A DNA stretch of 64,000 nt from a candidate division WWE3 bacterium. Lineage in GTDB: Bacteria > Patescibacteriota > WWE3 > JAUXAW01. Shown piece by piece: positions 35,352 through 44,122 of this stretch. The translations under genes and the position numbers were made by a program. The DNA lies in contig JAUXAW010000002.1 in NCBI GenBank assembly GCA_030619715.1, positions 1,221 through 65,220 on the forward strand. Reading direction: 5' to 3'. The notes under the pieces are model-generated. The model saw only the letters and a program-made list of their open reading frames with translations, ran no database searches and had not been told where the DNA came from. Position 1 is the stretch's first letter. Each line of letters begins with the position of its first letter.

Positions 35352-35520
35352 AAGTACTAAAGCAAGAGGATGGTTGGACTATTTGAGCTTCTTTTGCTCT
35401 TTGTGTAAAACCTTAACTTGAGTTAAAATATAGGAAAATGAAGATGAGGAGTAATATGAATAAATTTATCAAAAATTTACTAGAGTAATTGCATCCAGTA
35501 TAATTGATAGAAAGGACAAT

Positions 35521-36420
35521 ATGAAAAAGGTTGTAGTATTAGGTGCTAAACCAAACGATGACCAGAAGACGCGATTAGAGGCGTTGGGTGAAGTAAAGTA
35601 TCTTCCAAGTCCGTCTAACTCCGATGAGTTAATGAAGCAGGCTGGAGGAGCTGATGTTCTTTACAGTGATGGTGCATTTTTACTTGAGAGCTTGCCAAAG
35701 TTGAAAAATGTATTTGTAACATATCCATATGTTGAACTTGGAGTTTTTAATTCGGAAGAGTTGAAGAAAAATGGTGTGTTGGTTGCAAACTCTCAAGGAG
35801 GCAATAGACCTTCAATTATTGAGTGGGTAATGTTTATGGTTTTGTCTTTGTTTAGGAAATTCACCCCTATGGTTAGAGCCACAGAAAATTTTCCTGTGGA
35901 GTTACAACAAAGTTTGAGTGGAAAGAAAGTACTGATAGTTGGGAAGGGTAGCATTGGGACTAAGATTGCAATACCTTGTGAGGCTTTTGGAATGGAAGTT
36001 TCATTTTTCGAGCGTGGAGACAATTTACACGCAAAATCTGCAGATGCTGACTTGGTGATAAATTCGCTTAACTGCAACTCTACCAGCAAGAACCTACTTG
36101 ATGAGAAATTCTTCATGTCGCTTAAGAAGGGAGCATACTACATTACATTTGTTAGGCCATATACCTATGATTTGGATGGATTACTAAAATCAATTGACAA
36201 TGGGGTGGTGGCAGGAGCGGCAATTGACTGCGACCCAGAGAAATTTGGGGATACTACAAACGAGTTTTATAAAAAAGCCCTAAGCGATCCAAAAGTGCTA
36301 GTAACCCCCCACATAGCCTTTTCTACTAAACAGGCAATAGTAAATGGTGGAGAAATAGCCGTAAAAAATATTGAGGCTTTCGTTGCAGGTAAACCCCAGA
36401 ATGTGCTAACTAAGAAGTAA
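35521..36420 (+). CDS. D-isomer-specific 2-hydroxyacid dehydrogenase family protein
   Basis: VGKGSIGTKIA NAD-binding motif. Catalytic region ...TPHIAFSTKQA... AT-rich. Paralog of the interrupted gene at 30897-31865. Confidence 0.8.
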   Translation: MKKVVVLGAKPNDDQKTRLEALGEVKYLPSPSNSDELMKQAGGADVLYSDGAFLLESLPKLKNVFVTYPYVELGVFNSEELKKNGVLVANSQGGNRPSIIEWVMFMVLSLFRKFTPMVRATENFPVELQQSLSGKKVLIVGKGSIGTKIAIPCEAFGMEVSFFERGDNLHAKSADADLVINSLNCNSTSKNLLDEKFFMSLKKGAYYITFVRPYTYDLDGLLKSIDNGVVAGAAIDCDPEKFGDTTNEFYKKALSDPKVLVTPHIAFSTKQAIVNGGEIAVKNIEAFVAGKPQNVLTKK

Positions 36421-36437
36421 GCCAGTTCTAACTTCTT

Positions 36438-36502
36438 CCACTACGGGGAGCCATCCTCCTTCGCTAAAGATTTATGCGGCCTGCGGGCCGCTTTGTTTTT
36501 GT
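36438..36502 (+). repeat. junction site D: ccactacggGGAGCCA core + tcctccttcgctaaagattta right arm + Mt terminator
   Basis: Left part resembles site E (ttactacgtggagtca). Right arm resembles site A. Core at 36447-36453. Terminator gcggcctgcgggccgctttgtttttg at 36476-36502. Confidence 0.55.
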
Positions 36503-36625
36503 TCTCACCGACTTGACAAAACTATGAGTTTACGATAGAGTTACCAGTGTAGTACTCAAAACCCTACAAAAGGGGGTATTACAACAAATAAGGGTGGCGA
36601 CCTAACCGCCAGAAAGGGGTGTGAC

Positions 36626-37567
36626 GTGGTAAAGAGATCTTTGTTCACGAGTTTTCCCATTTTAGCAGCGCTTCAGGAGGCCGACAAGTTCATAGCAGGC
36701 GTCCTCTGGGAGGAGAAGCAGGTGAGACCTGAAGGACCTCTCCAGTGGGTTGCCAGCAATGACATGCAGGCCGCCCTGATCGGTCCGCGCATTTGGGGCC
36801 AGACGTTGGCCGCACTGGCTGGCTTTGCAGAAGGGGAAATGTCTTCCATTGCCGACTGGGACGTGGAGGTCATCAACGCCTTCCTACGTGGAGAGGAGTT
36901 TGAGATTCAACTGCGTCCTTGGCCCAAGGAGGATCGGCTCACCTTCGGTATTGCGGCCATCATCAAGCTGCTACGCGAATGGCGCGTCCGGGGAGAGGAG
37001 GGTTACAAGGTGGTCGATTGGCGCAAGGCCTTCCGTCTAGGGGCTCCTGCAGCGCAAGGTGGGGTGGAGTTCTACCGTGCCTCTGGCGAAGTCGTGGTTC
37101 GCATCCCGACCAAGGTTCGTGGCGACTACGTCTGCGTCACTAAGGCATCGGAGCCAAAGACCCACTTTGACCTGCTGTTCTTCTGCATGGATACCCGGAG
37201 TGCGATGGAGCCGACCGACGAGTTCACCGGAGCCATCTTGCCCAACTGGACGTTCCAGGAAGAGGTTGACGTTTCGGATCTCATCAACCTTCGGACGGAA
37301 GACGCCGTTGGCCAGCCATGGTGGCTCGCTCAGGCGCTGATGGAAGGCAAGTCCGCCTTCTGCGCGGAGGGAATTTCCTTCAAGGCTGCCTTCGCCGCCG
37401 CCGTCATGCTCGGTGGGTCTCGGCCGAAGGAACCCGGCCCACGTGACCACGTTGTAGATTACGATTTGGTCATGTGGATCGATCGCGAAGACGTCCCTGT
37501 TCCTTTGGGTGCCGTTTATGTAGCGACCGACGAATTCTCACAGACTGACGTTCGCCTGGAGTGGTAG
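36626..37567 (+). CDS. hypothetical protein, GC-rich (about 60%)
   Basis: 313-aa ORF, GTG start after aaaggggtg. No recognisable motif. Composition suggests foreign origin. Confidence 0.5.
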   Translation: MVKRSLFTSFPILAALQEADKFIAGVLWEEKQVRPEGPLQWVASNDMQAALIGPRIWGQTLAALAGFAEGEMSSIADWDVEVINAFLRGEEFEIQLRPWPKEDRLTFGIAAIIKLLREWRVRGEEGYKVVDWRKAFRLGAPAAQGGVEFYRASGEVVVRIPTKVRGDYVCVTKASEPKTHFDLLFFCMDTRSAMEPTDEFTGAILPNWTFQEEVDVSDLINLRTEDAVGQPWWLAQALMEGKSAFCAEGISFKAAFAAAVMLGGSRPKEPGPRDHVVDYDLVMWIDREDVPVPLGAVYVATDEFSQTDVRLEW

Positions 37568-37583
37568 TCTTGAGGAGTGATTA

Positions 37584-37640
37584 GGGCTAGTATCCACACA
37601 CAAGTTTGACTTGTGGATACTAGCCTGTTTTTGTTTTGAG
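37584..37640 (+). terminator. long palindromic terminator (ctagtatccacacacaag ttt gac ttgtggatactag + T-run)
   Basis: About 17-bp imperfect stem followed by cctgtttttgttttg. Confidence 0.6.
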
Positions 37641-37665
37641 AATTAAGCTGTTAGGGGAACTGGAT

Positions 37666-37738
37666 CCAAACTCGGAAATCTGATATATTCCTCGGTAGCC
37701 ATACAAGTGCTCCGAACGTCGTCCACGATGCGGAGCCA
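37666..37738 (+). repeat. junction site B: X-type left arm + cgatgcGGAGCCA core + gttttgagtttt right arm
   Basis: Left arm matches site A. Right arm matches site E. Core at 37732-37738. Followed by Mt terminator at 37758-37786. Confidence 0.6.
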
Positions 37739-37824
37739 GTTTTGAGTTTTAATAGAAGTGGCCTGCGGGCCGTTTTGTTTTTTCCCCAGAAATTTTTCTT
37801 TACCCTTGTGTTAAAATCTAGACC

Positions 37825-39342
37825 ATGAATGAGGACGAGAAGTACGAGGGAGAAGTTGACTTCGAAGGTGAGAAAGAGGGAATAGGAAAGAAAGTTAGGA
37901 AATTGCCGCCGGCTCCGGTTGCCGCCGCCGTTGTTGTCCTTGTCTTGGCGGGGGTCCTCGGCGGCTATTTTTTATACCAGCGGTATTTTGGGAGAACCGC
38001 TCCGGAGGAAGTTTCTGCACCCGCTACCCAAACCAAAGTTCCCAAATTAGATCCCCAGAAAGAAAAAACCCATCTTTCCAGAGTGGCCGATACCCAAGGT
38101 GCCTACTTTGCCCGAGCCTTCGATCTGTTTTGGGGCGATGTGGAAACCCAAAGAGGGAAATTTGATTGGTCTTTGACCGACGAACAAATAAGATGGCTTA
38201 ACGAGGAGGAGATTTACCCTTTGGTTATTGTCAAACCCTTTGCTCTTTGGGACCAAGAAAGTTGCCACCCGGAGGAAAGATACGAAGCCGAATTTGACCC
38301 CCGGAAAGGCTACCGAATCAAGGTCGGTAAACCTTGCGACCTAATAGCTTTCGGTCAGTTTTTGGAAAAAGCGGTCGAGCGCTACGATGGTGATGGGATC
38401 GAAGATATGCCCGGTCTGACGATTCCGATTAAATACTGGGAGATTATGAACGAGCCGACGATGCAAGGTGGCGTCACCGGCGGGATGGGCGAGGAATTGA
38501 AATTCTTTGTCGGCACCTCTAAGGATTATCTAGAAATTCTCAAAACTTCCTATCAAGCGATCAAAAAAGCCGATCCGGAGGCAAAAGTTCTACACGCGGG
38601 AATGGCGGGGATGGACCGAAACTTTCGAGATTTCTGGCGGCCGGTTTTTGCTCAAGGCGGTGGGCAATATTTTGACATCGCCAATATCCATACCATTTCG
38701 ACCGATCAAAGGAGAGAGGATTTGTTTGTGATCAGGTTCAAAAGATTTTTGCAAGAATTTGGTCTGCAAGGCAAGCCGATCTGGATCACCGAGGTTCAGT
38801 TTGGCCGTCTGGCGGAAAAACCTGAAGATTTAGAAAGTTTTGAGATTTTGGTGACCAAAGCCTCGGTTTTTGCCCTGGCCCAAGGGACGGATAAACTAAT
38901 TTACATCTCAAATTGGACGGACTTTTGGCCCTCCTTCGCCAACCCACTTCGCCAAGGCTACGAGGGTCAAGAGGCTTCGGAGGGTAAGGAAGAAATGAAA
39001 AAGGAGAAGAAATTTAAAGTTAGCCCTGAGGTTTTAGCAAGTTCCACTCACCAAGTTTACCTCAATTTGGTCGATAAGGTTAATCAGTTTGACCGGATAG
39101 AAAAGATTAAGGAGGAGTACATCGAAAATCAGGGCGACCACGATGGCGCCACCTCCAACATTGGGCAGTATAAGTTTGTTTCCGGCGATAAATCGGTTTA
39201 TGTTCTTTGGGGTCAAGCCGAACTTCCCGCGGAAATTTCCGGCCAAGTTAGAGTGACGGATATTTATGGTCAGACAGGGACGATGGACGCCTCTTTAATC
39301 AATCTTTCCGCCGCGCCAATTTTTGTCGAGCCCAGCCGTTGA
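37825..39342 (+). CDS. membrane-anchored clan GH-A glycoside hydrolase (GH5-like)
   Basis: N-terminal TM. WEIMNEP (acid/base NEP). IWITEVQFG (nucleophile TE) spaced as in GH5/GH-A (beta/alpha)8 enzymes. Confidence 0.6.
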   Translation: MNEDEKYEGEVDFEGEKEGIGKKVRKLPPAPVAAAVVVLVLAGVLGGYFLYQRYFGRTAPEEVSAPATQTKVPKLDPQKEKTHLSRVADTQGAYFARAFDLFWGDVETQRGKFDWSLTDEQIRWLNEEEIYPLVIVKPFALWDQESCHPEERYEAEFDPRKGYRIKVGKPCDLIAFGQFLEKAVERYDGDGIEDMPGLTIPIKYWEIMNEPTMQGGVTGGMGEELKFFVGTSKDYLEILKTSYQAIKKADPEAKVLHAGMAGMDRNFRDFWRPVFAQGGGQYFDIANIHTISTDQRREDLFVIRFKRFLQEFGLQGKPIWITEVQFGRLAEKPEDLESFEILVTKASVFALAQGTDKLIYISNWTDFWPSFANPLRQGYEGQEASEGKEEMKKEKKFKVSPEVLASSTHQVYLNLVDKVNQFDRIEKIKEEYIENQGDHDGATSNIGQYKFVSGDKSVYVLWGQAELPAEISGQVRVTDIYGQTGTMDASLINLSAAPIFVEPSR

Positions 39343-39401
39343 TGATTCCGGCCGTTGTGTGTCCAACAGAAATTTATTCACTAGGCCGCTTTGTTTTTGT
39401 T

Positions 39402-39465
39402 GCGGAGACCCCACCCCCACCCCAAAATCTGATACAATGACCGTACGCGGAGGCGAGGAAAAATG
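39402..39465 (+). promoter_or_regulatory. cassette promoter/5'UTR/start module Mp, supplies the ALDH start codon
   Basis: 62/64 identical to 32407-32470. Preceded by a degenerate Mt remnant (ggccgctttgtttttg). Confidence 0.55.
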
Positions 39466-40845
39466 AAATTGAAATCGATCAACCCACACGACCAGTCAGT
39501 AGTTGGGGAATTGAAAATCTCTACCCAGCAAGATGTTAAGAGGGCAGTGAAGAAAGCGAAAAAGGCCTTTGGCCCGTGGCAAGCTTTGTCGGTGGCTGAA
39601 AGAGTTGAATATATTAAAAGATTTAGGACAAAGGTAGCCAAGAACAAGGAGAAGATTGCCAAGCTCACGACACTTGAGATGGGTAAGCCTCTGCAGCAAT
39701 CACTTGACGATGTTAGCTGGGAACTTGAGTTTCTCGATTACTACATTAAAAAGGGACCCGAATACCTAGCTGACGAGACTGTCTACAAGAAAGGGAAAGA
39801 ACATTTTCGAGTAAGTTACGAACCTTATGGCGTTTGTGCCTGTATCGCCCCCTGGAATTTTCCGCTTTCGATGGCCAACTCCGGTGTTATTCCCGCTTTG
39901 ATTGCGGGAAACACGGTCATTCTTAAGCCTTCCGAATACACCAGTCTAAGCCAGAAGATAATCATCGATTTGTTACAGAAATCTAGAATACCCGATGGAG
40001 TCGCCAATCTCTTAATCGGTGGTGGTGAGGTTGGGAAAATGCTCATTGACGAGCCGATCGATCTGGCTTGGTTCACTGGTAGCACTAAGGTTGGTCAGGA
40101 GATTTACAGAAAATGTGGCAAGAAGTTTATCAAAGCGTTGCTAGAGATGGGTGGAAGCAGTCCCGGTATCATTTTCGCCGACGCCAATCTTGATTTAACG
40201 ATGGATAATCTCTACTGGGCCAGGTTTCTAAACTGTGGTCAGGTTTGCACCGCTATCAAGAGACTATTTGTTGAGATGCCAGTTTATAGAAAAGTGGTCA
40301 ATCTTTTCGTAGATAAGCTTAAAACGGTAAAAGTTGGTAACCCAATGGATAAGAAAACCGATATTGGCCCGCTCGTTTCCCAAAAACAACTTAAGTTATT
40401 AAAAGAGCAGGTGGCGGACGCAATTTCTAAAGGAGCAAAAGTAGAGATCGGTGGCAAACAGCCCGAAGGCAAAGAGTTCGAGAAGGGTAACTATTTTGAA
40501 CCCACGGTTCTCACGGACATTACCACAGATATGAGGGTATTTACCGAAGAAACATTTGGTCCTGTACTGCCAATTATCCCTTTTAAGACGGAGGAAGAAG
40601 CAATAAGACTCGCTAACAGAACGGAGTATGGTTTAAGTGCTGAAATTTACACCACCGACCTTGAGAAAGGCGAACGGGTCGCTAAACAAATAGAAGCGGG
40701 TACGGTCGCCATCAACACCGACGATTTCTTCAAGCCAGAATGTCCCTTCGGTGGATACAAGAAAAGTGGGATGGGTAGAGAGTATGGTGAAATTGGAATG
40801 AAGGAGTTCTCACAAGTAAAATTGATCGCTGTTGTTAGACCCTAA
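39463..40845 (+). CDS. NAD(P)-dependent aldehyde dehydrogenase
   Basis: LEMGGSSP (ELGGKSP-type motif). FLNCGQVCTA (catalytic Cys). 460 aa. Confidence 0.9.
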   Translation: MKLKSINPHDQSVVGELKISTQQDVKRAVKKAKKAFGPWQALSVAERVEYIKRFRTKVAKNKEKIAKLTTLEMGKPLQQSLDDVSWELEFLDYYIKKGPEYLADETVYKKGKEHFRVSYEPYGVCACIAPWNFPLSMANSGVIPALIAGNTVILKPSEYTSLSQKIIIDLLQKSRIPDGVANLLIGGGEVGKMLIDEPIDLAWFTGSTKVGQEIYRKCGKKFIKALLEMGGSSPGIIFADANLDLTMDNLYWARFLNCGQVCTAIKRLFVEMPVYRKVVNLFVDKLKTVKVGNPMDKKTDIGPLVSQKQLKLLKEQVADAISKGAKVEIGGKQPEGKEFEKGNYFEPTVLTDITTDMRVFTEETFGPVLPIIPFKTEEEAIRLANRTEYGLSAEIYTTDLEKGERVAKQIEAGTVAINTDDFFKPECPFGGYKKSGMGREYGEIGMKEFSQVKLIAVVRP

Positions 40846-40861
40846 GGATGGGGGAGGAAAA

Positions 40862-41377
40862 ATGAAAGTAATACTTTATGTGGCTACTTCGATTAACGGA
40901 TTAATAACTAAGGGGGAGGATGATTCTGACTGGGTAACAGAAACAGACTGGAAGGAATTTGGCAGTTTGATGAGAGATTGCGGCATTATGGTAATGGGCA
41001 GAAGGACTTATGAAATTTTTGGTGATGATTTCCCTTGCGAGGGGGCGGTTAACGTAGTTATGACTAGCCAAAGGAAATTGTTGGGCCAAGAGACCTCAAA
41101 GGATGTAATCTTCACAGACAAAACTCCCAGGGATGTTGTAAAGATGGCGGAAGAAGAGGGATTCAAAAAATTAATGCTTATTGGGGGTATGAAGCTTAAT
41201 ACTTCCTTTTTCGAGGAGGATTTGATCGATGAAGTCTGGCTTAGTGTTCACCCACTTCTGATAGGTAACGGCAAGATGATTATGGATAAGATTAATTATG
41301 ATAGAAAAGTAAAACTACTCGGCATTAAGGAGTTAGATGAGGGTCTAGTCCAACTCCGTTACGAGATTGTAAAATAG
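40862..41377 (+). CDS. dihydrofolate reductase family protein (RibD C-terminal domain-like)
   Basis: MKVILYVATSINGLITKGEDDSDW...MGRRTYE is typical of the RibD_C/DHFR-like family. Confidence 0.7.
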   Translation: MKVILYVATSINGLITKGEDDSDWVTETDWKEFGSLMRDCGIMVMGRRTYEIFGDDFPCEGAVNVVMTSQRKLLGQETSKDVIFTDKTPRDVVKMAEEEGFKKLMLIGGMKLNTSFFEEDLIDEVWLSVHPLLIGNGKMIMDKINYDRKVKLLGIKELDEGLVQLRYEIVK

Positions 41378-41384
41378 GTTCCGA

Positions 41385-41451
41385 CGACGTTTACTACGTG
41401 GAGTCAGTTTTGAGTTCTGAAGAGGCGGCCTGCGGGCCGCTTTGTTCTCGC
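41385..41451 (+). repeat. junction site E: Y-type left arm (aggttccgacgacgtttactacgt) + GGAGTCA core + gttttgagttctg right arm + Mt terminator
   Basis: Core at 41400-41406. Terminator ggcggcctgcgggccgctttgtt at 41425-41451. Confidence 0.55.
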
Positions 41452-41502
41452 CGTTGGTCTTTATGGTAGAATGAGTAGAGCAACGTTTGGGGGTGATTAA
41501 AG

Positions 41503-41691
41503 ATGGTTAAATTTTACAGCGTTCAGATAAAAGACCACGTTGAGGTCGATGAGAGCGAGGTCGAAGTGGTGACGATGGAAAACGGCCGCAAGGCGGCTAA
41601 GGCCGAGGTGGTCAGAGACGGCAAGACCCTCAAGCTGTTCAAATTCTTGTCCGAGGAGGATGCCCAGCGCTTGTCTGGAGCCAGTGAATGA
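41503..41691 (+). CDS. small acidic hypothetical protein (62 aa)
   Basis: Good SD (gggggtgattaaagATG). Forms an apparent bicistron with the following small ORF. Confidence 0.4.
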   Translation: MVKFYSVQIKDHVEVDESEVEVVTMENGRKAAKAEVVRDGKTLKLFKFLSEEDAQRLSGASE

Positions 41692-41705
41692 GGAGGTGAT
41701 TCTAA

Positions 41706-41885
41706 ATGATGGGAATGCATTTTGGCCATTTTTGTAAAGATCTTGAGTGTGAAATCGAGAACCAAGGAGGTAAGCTAGTGATTACTCTCTCAGGGGATGC
41801 TGAGAAGATCGCTATGGTGGAAAGAAAGCTTAAGGCCTTAAAAGAGCTTTGTCACTGCGGGGAGGAAGGTGGTGGCTGTTGTTGA
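41706..41885 (+). CDS. candidate 59-aa Cys/His-rich protein (MMGMHFGHFCKDLECEIENQGGKLVITLSGDAEKIAMVERKLKALKELCHCGEEGGGCC)
   Basis: Strong SD (tgaggaggtgattctaaATG) 14 nt after the previous stop. Below the ORF-track cutoff. Confidence 0.4.
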   Translation: MMGMHFGHFCKDLECEIENQGGKLVITLSGDAEKIAMVERKLKALKELCHCGEEGGGCC

Positions 41886-41921
41886 CGGCTGGGTTTGGAG
41901 TTTGGTATAGTTAGATCACGG

Positions 41922-42887
41922 ATGAAGAAATTACTTGCCCTCTTCTTCTTTTTTATAACTTTAGGAATAACCCCAGCTTTGGCTGCTCCGGCTACTCTAA
42001 ATCCCACCGCTGATTCCTATGTTTATTCCACCAGCCCAAGTAGTACTCATGGTGACGAGACCTTATTGCGGTCTGGTTTCTGGGTTGAATTCCGGCAAAA
42101 ATATATCTCTCTTTTAAAATTTGATCTCTCGAGTATTCCCGACGATGCAGTGATTACTTCGGCCGAACTTAAGCTCTATGTATCCAGTGGAATTTCTTCG
42201 GGGACGATGACCGCTTCTCGGAATACCGAGGATTGGGCGGAGAGCAGTGTCAATTGGAGTACCCGTCCGTCAAACGACGATCCACGAGCTTCGGCGTTGG
42301 TGAGTTCGGGGTCGAGCTATATTCCCTGGGATGTGACCGAGCTGGTCCAAGATTGGTTTAGTGGCGACCACACCAACTACGGTTTTTCGATTGTTGCCAC
42401 CGCCCAAGAAACCGATTTTTCAGTTGATTTCTATAGCCGAGAGGCCAGCGAAGATCATCCAGAATTGGTCGTTAGCTACGATCGTCCACTACCGACTCCT
42501 GACACGGAGACCGATGACGAAACCGACGACGAGACCGACGACGAGGCCGACTCTGATGATGAAGTTGTCCCCTCAGATGAAGCTCCGCCTACAACTCCTT
42601 CAGAACCAACCCCAGACAGACCAGCGGTGGTCGAAGAGGAAACCCCCTCCCCGAGCACCCCGTCGGCGACTCCTTCAGCCGCCCCGGTAAGAGCGGCCAC
42701 CCCGAGCGGGTCGGTAAAAATCTCGCCTTTGGGTAAAATATTGCGGCTGACTTCTATCATCTCCGGTTTGTCATTTTTTGGGGTGGTAGGTTATATTCTT
42801 TATGAGGAAATAAAAAAGCGCCGCGCGCAAAACAAGCAAAAAATTGAAAATCAGAATGTAGATCAGGAGGTTACACAAAGTGCCTGA
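41922..42887 (+). CDS. secreted acidic-repeat protein with C-terminal TM anchor
   Basis: Signal peptide MKKLLALFFFFITLGITPALA. TETDDETDDETDDEADSDDE repeats. Pro/Thr/Ser-rich linker. C-terminal TM plus basic tail. Confidence 0.5.
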   Translation: MKKLLALFFFFITLGITPALAAPATLNPTADSYVYSTSPSSTHGDETLLRSGFWVEFRQKYISLLKFDLSSIPDDAVITSAELKLYVSSGISSGTMTASRNTEDWAESSVNWSTRPSNDDPRASALVSSGSSYIPWDVTELVQDWFSGDHTNYGFSIVATAQETDFSVDFYSREASEDHPELVVSYDRPLPTPDTETDDETDDETDDEADSDDEVVPSDEAPPTTPSEPTPDRPAVVEEETPSPSTPSATPSAAPVRAATPSGSVKISPLGKILRLTSIISGLSFFGVVGYILYEEIKKRRAQNKQKIENQNVDQEVTQSA

Positions 42888-44079
42888 AGGAAGATTCGCC
42901 CCGAATCAGAACCAAGTTCCAGACAAGAAGTTTAAATATCTTCTCCTTCTAGCTGCGGGGCTTCTTTTGGTGAGTGTTGGGTCCGGGTTGACGTATTGGT
43001 ATTTTACTCGCCAAGCCCCGCCGGCCGATGTACAACCCCCACCAACTTCGCTGCCAACGTCGGTGCCTGAAACAACCCCCGTTGCCGAGGGGAAGGTGTT
43101 TTATTCCGAGGACGAAAACATCTTTTCCTACGATACAGAAACCCAAGAAGTAGAAAAATGGACAAATTATCCTCAAGACGACCTACCGGCGAGTACCGGT
43201 GTTTCCGACATCAAAGTTATCGACGAAAATACGTTGGGATTTGGTAGATGTAGTGGTGCCAGCGGCTATCGTGACTGCGGTTTGTATCTTCTTGATCTTA
43301 AAACCGGAGAGGTAACTCAGAAGTTGGAACTCGATGAGACGTACCATCTTTCAAGGTCCTGTTGGTTTAGTAAGGATAAGCTGGCTTATCTGGTGACCAC
43401 CGATGACAAATGGCGGTTGTATCTTACTGATGGCAGTAGTACTCGGCTGTTGGTTGATCTCGAAAACACCCCGTACGGAAGAGGCGGTTTTGTTGAGGAT
43501 AGTAGCAAACTTGAATTTTCTCCCGACGGGTCTCGTTTGTTTCATATTTCCACCGGCTCGCCGCGAGCGATCGTTGACTTGACCACCCACATTTATAATG
43601 CTTCCACCGGCGAGGAGCTGGCTGTGATTGAGAATTCGACCCAGCCCGATTGGTTGGATGATCAGAGGATTGTTTTTAGAAGATACGACGCTGATGCATC
43701 TTCGGAGAATGGTCTTTACGTTTACATCGTTGGTTCGGGTAGGGAAACGAAATTTTCCGGTGTTACAGAAACAGCGTACAGACCCGAGGTCTTACCGGGC
43801 ACGGATCAAGTTCTTTATGAAGACAATCCCGAAAAACAACTTTGGCTCTACGATGTAAGCTCGAAAGAGAGCACGCTGGTTGTTGAAAACGCTCTGTCTG
43901 GCTTTTGGCTCTCGCCGACGCAGGTCGTTTACAGTAATGTCACCTCCTGCGGTGGTGAGTGTGGGATGGTTGATTACGAGGTTGAGTCGATTGATATTTA
44001 TGATTTAAGTCTGGGCCAAAAAGCTGGCTCCATCCCTGGTTTGCAAGATACTTACGGTATCTCTTCCCTTTACCGCTAA
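42880..44079 (+). CDS. membrane-anchored beta-propeller protein (TolB-like)
   Basis: N-terminal TM. Repeated FSPDGSRLF-type blades typical of TolB-like propellers. Confidence 0.5.
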   Translation: MPEGRFAPNQNQVPDKKFKYLLLLAAGLLLVSVGSGLTYWYFTRQAPPADVQPPPTSLPTSVPETTPVAEGKVFYSEDENIFSYDTETQEVEKWTNYPQDDLPASTGVSDIKVIDENTLGFGRCSGASGYRDCGLYLLDLKTGEVTQKLELDETYHLSRSCWFSKDKLAYLVTTDDKWRLYLTDGSSTRLLVDLENTPYGRGGFVEDSSKLEFSPDGSRLFHISTGSPRAIVDLTTHIYNASTGEELAVIENSTQPDWLDDQRIVFRRYDADASSENGLYVYIVGSGRETKFSGVTETAYRPEVLPGTDQVLYEDNPEKQLWLYDVSSKESTLVVENALSGFWLSPTQVVYSNVTSCGGECGMVDYEVESIDIYDLSLGQKAGSIPGLQDTYGISSLYR

Positions 44080-44122
44080 TTACCTTTCGGCTCTAGTGTT
44101 CGGATAAAATCACACACGGGGA

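Noticed and set aside
42476-42760. Minus-strand 94-aa ORF and GAGACCGATGACGAA tandem repeats
   Set aside because: The repeats encode the TETDDETDDETDDE acidic repeat of the plus-strand secreted protein. The minus ORF is antisense to it.
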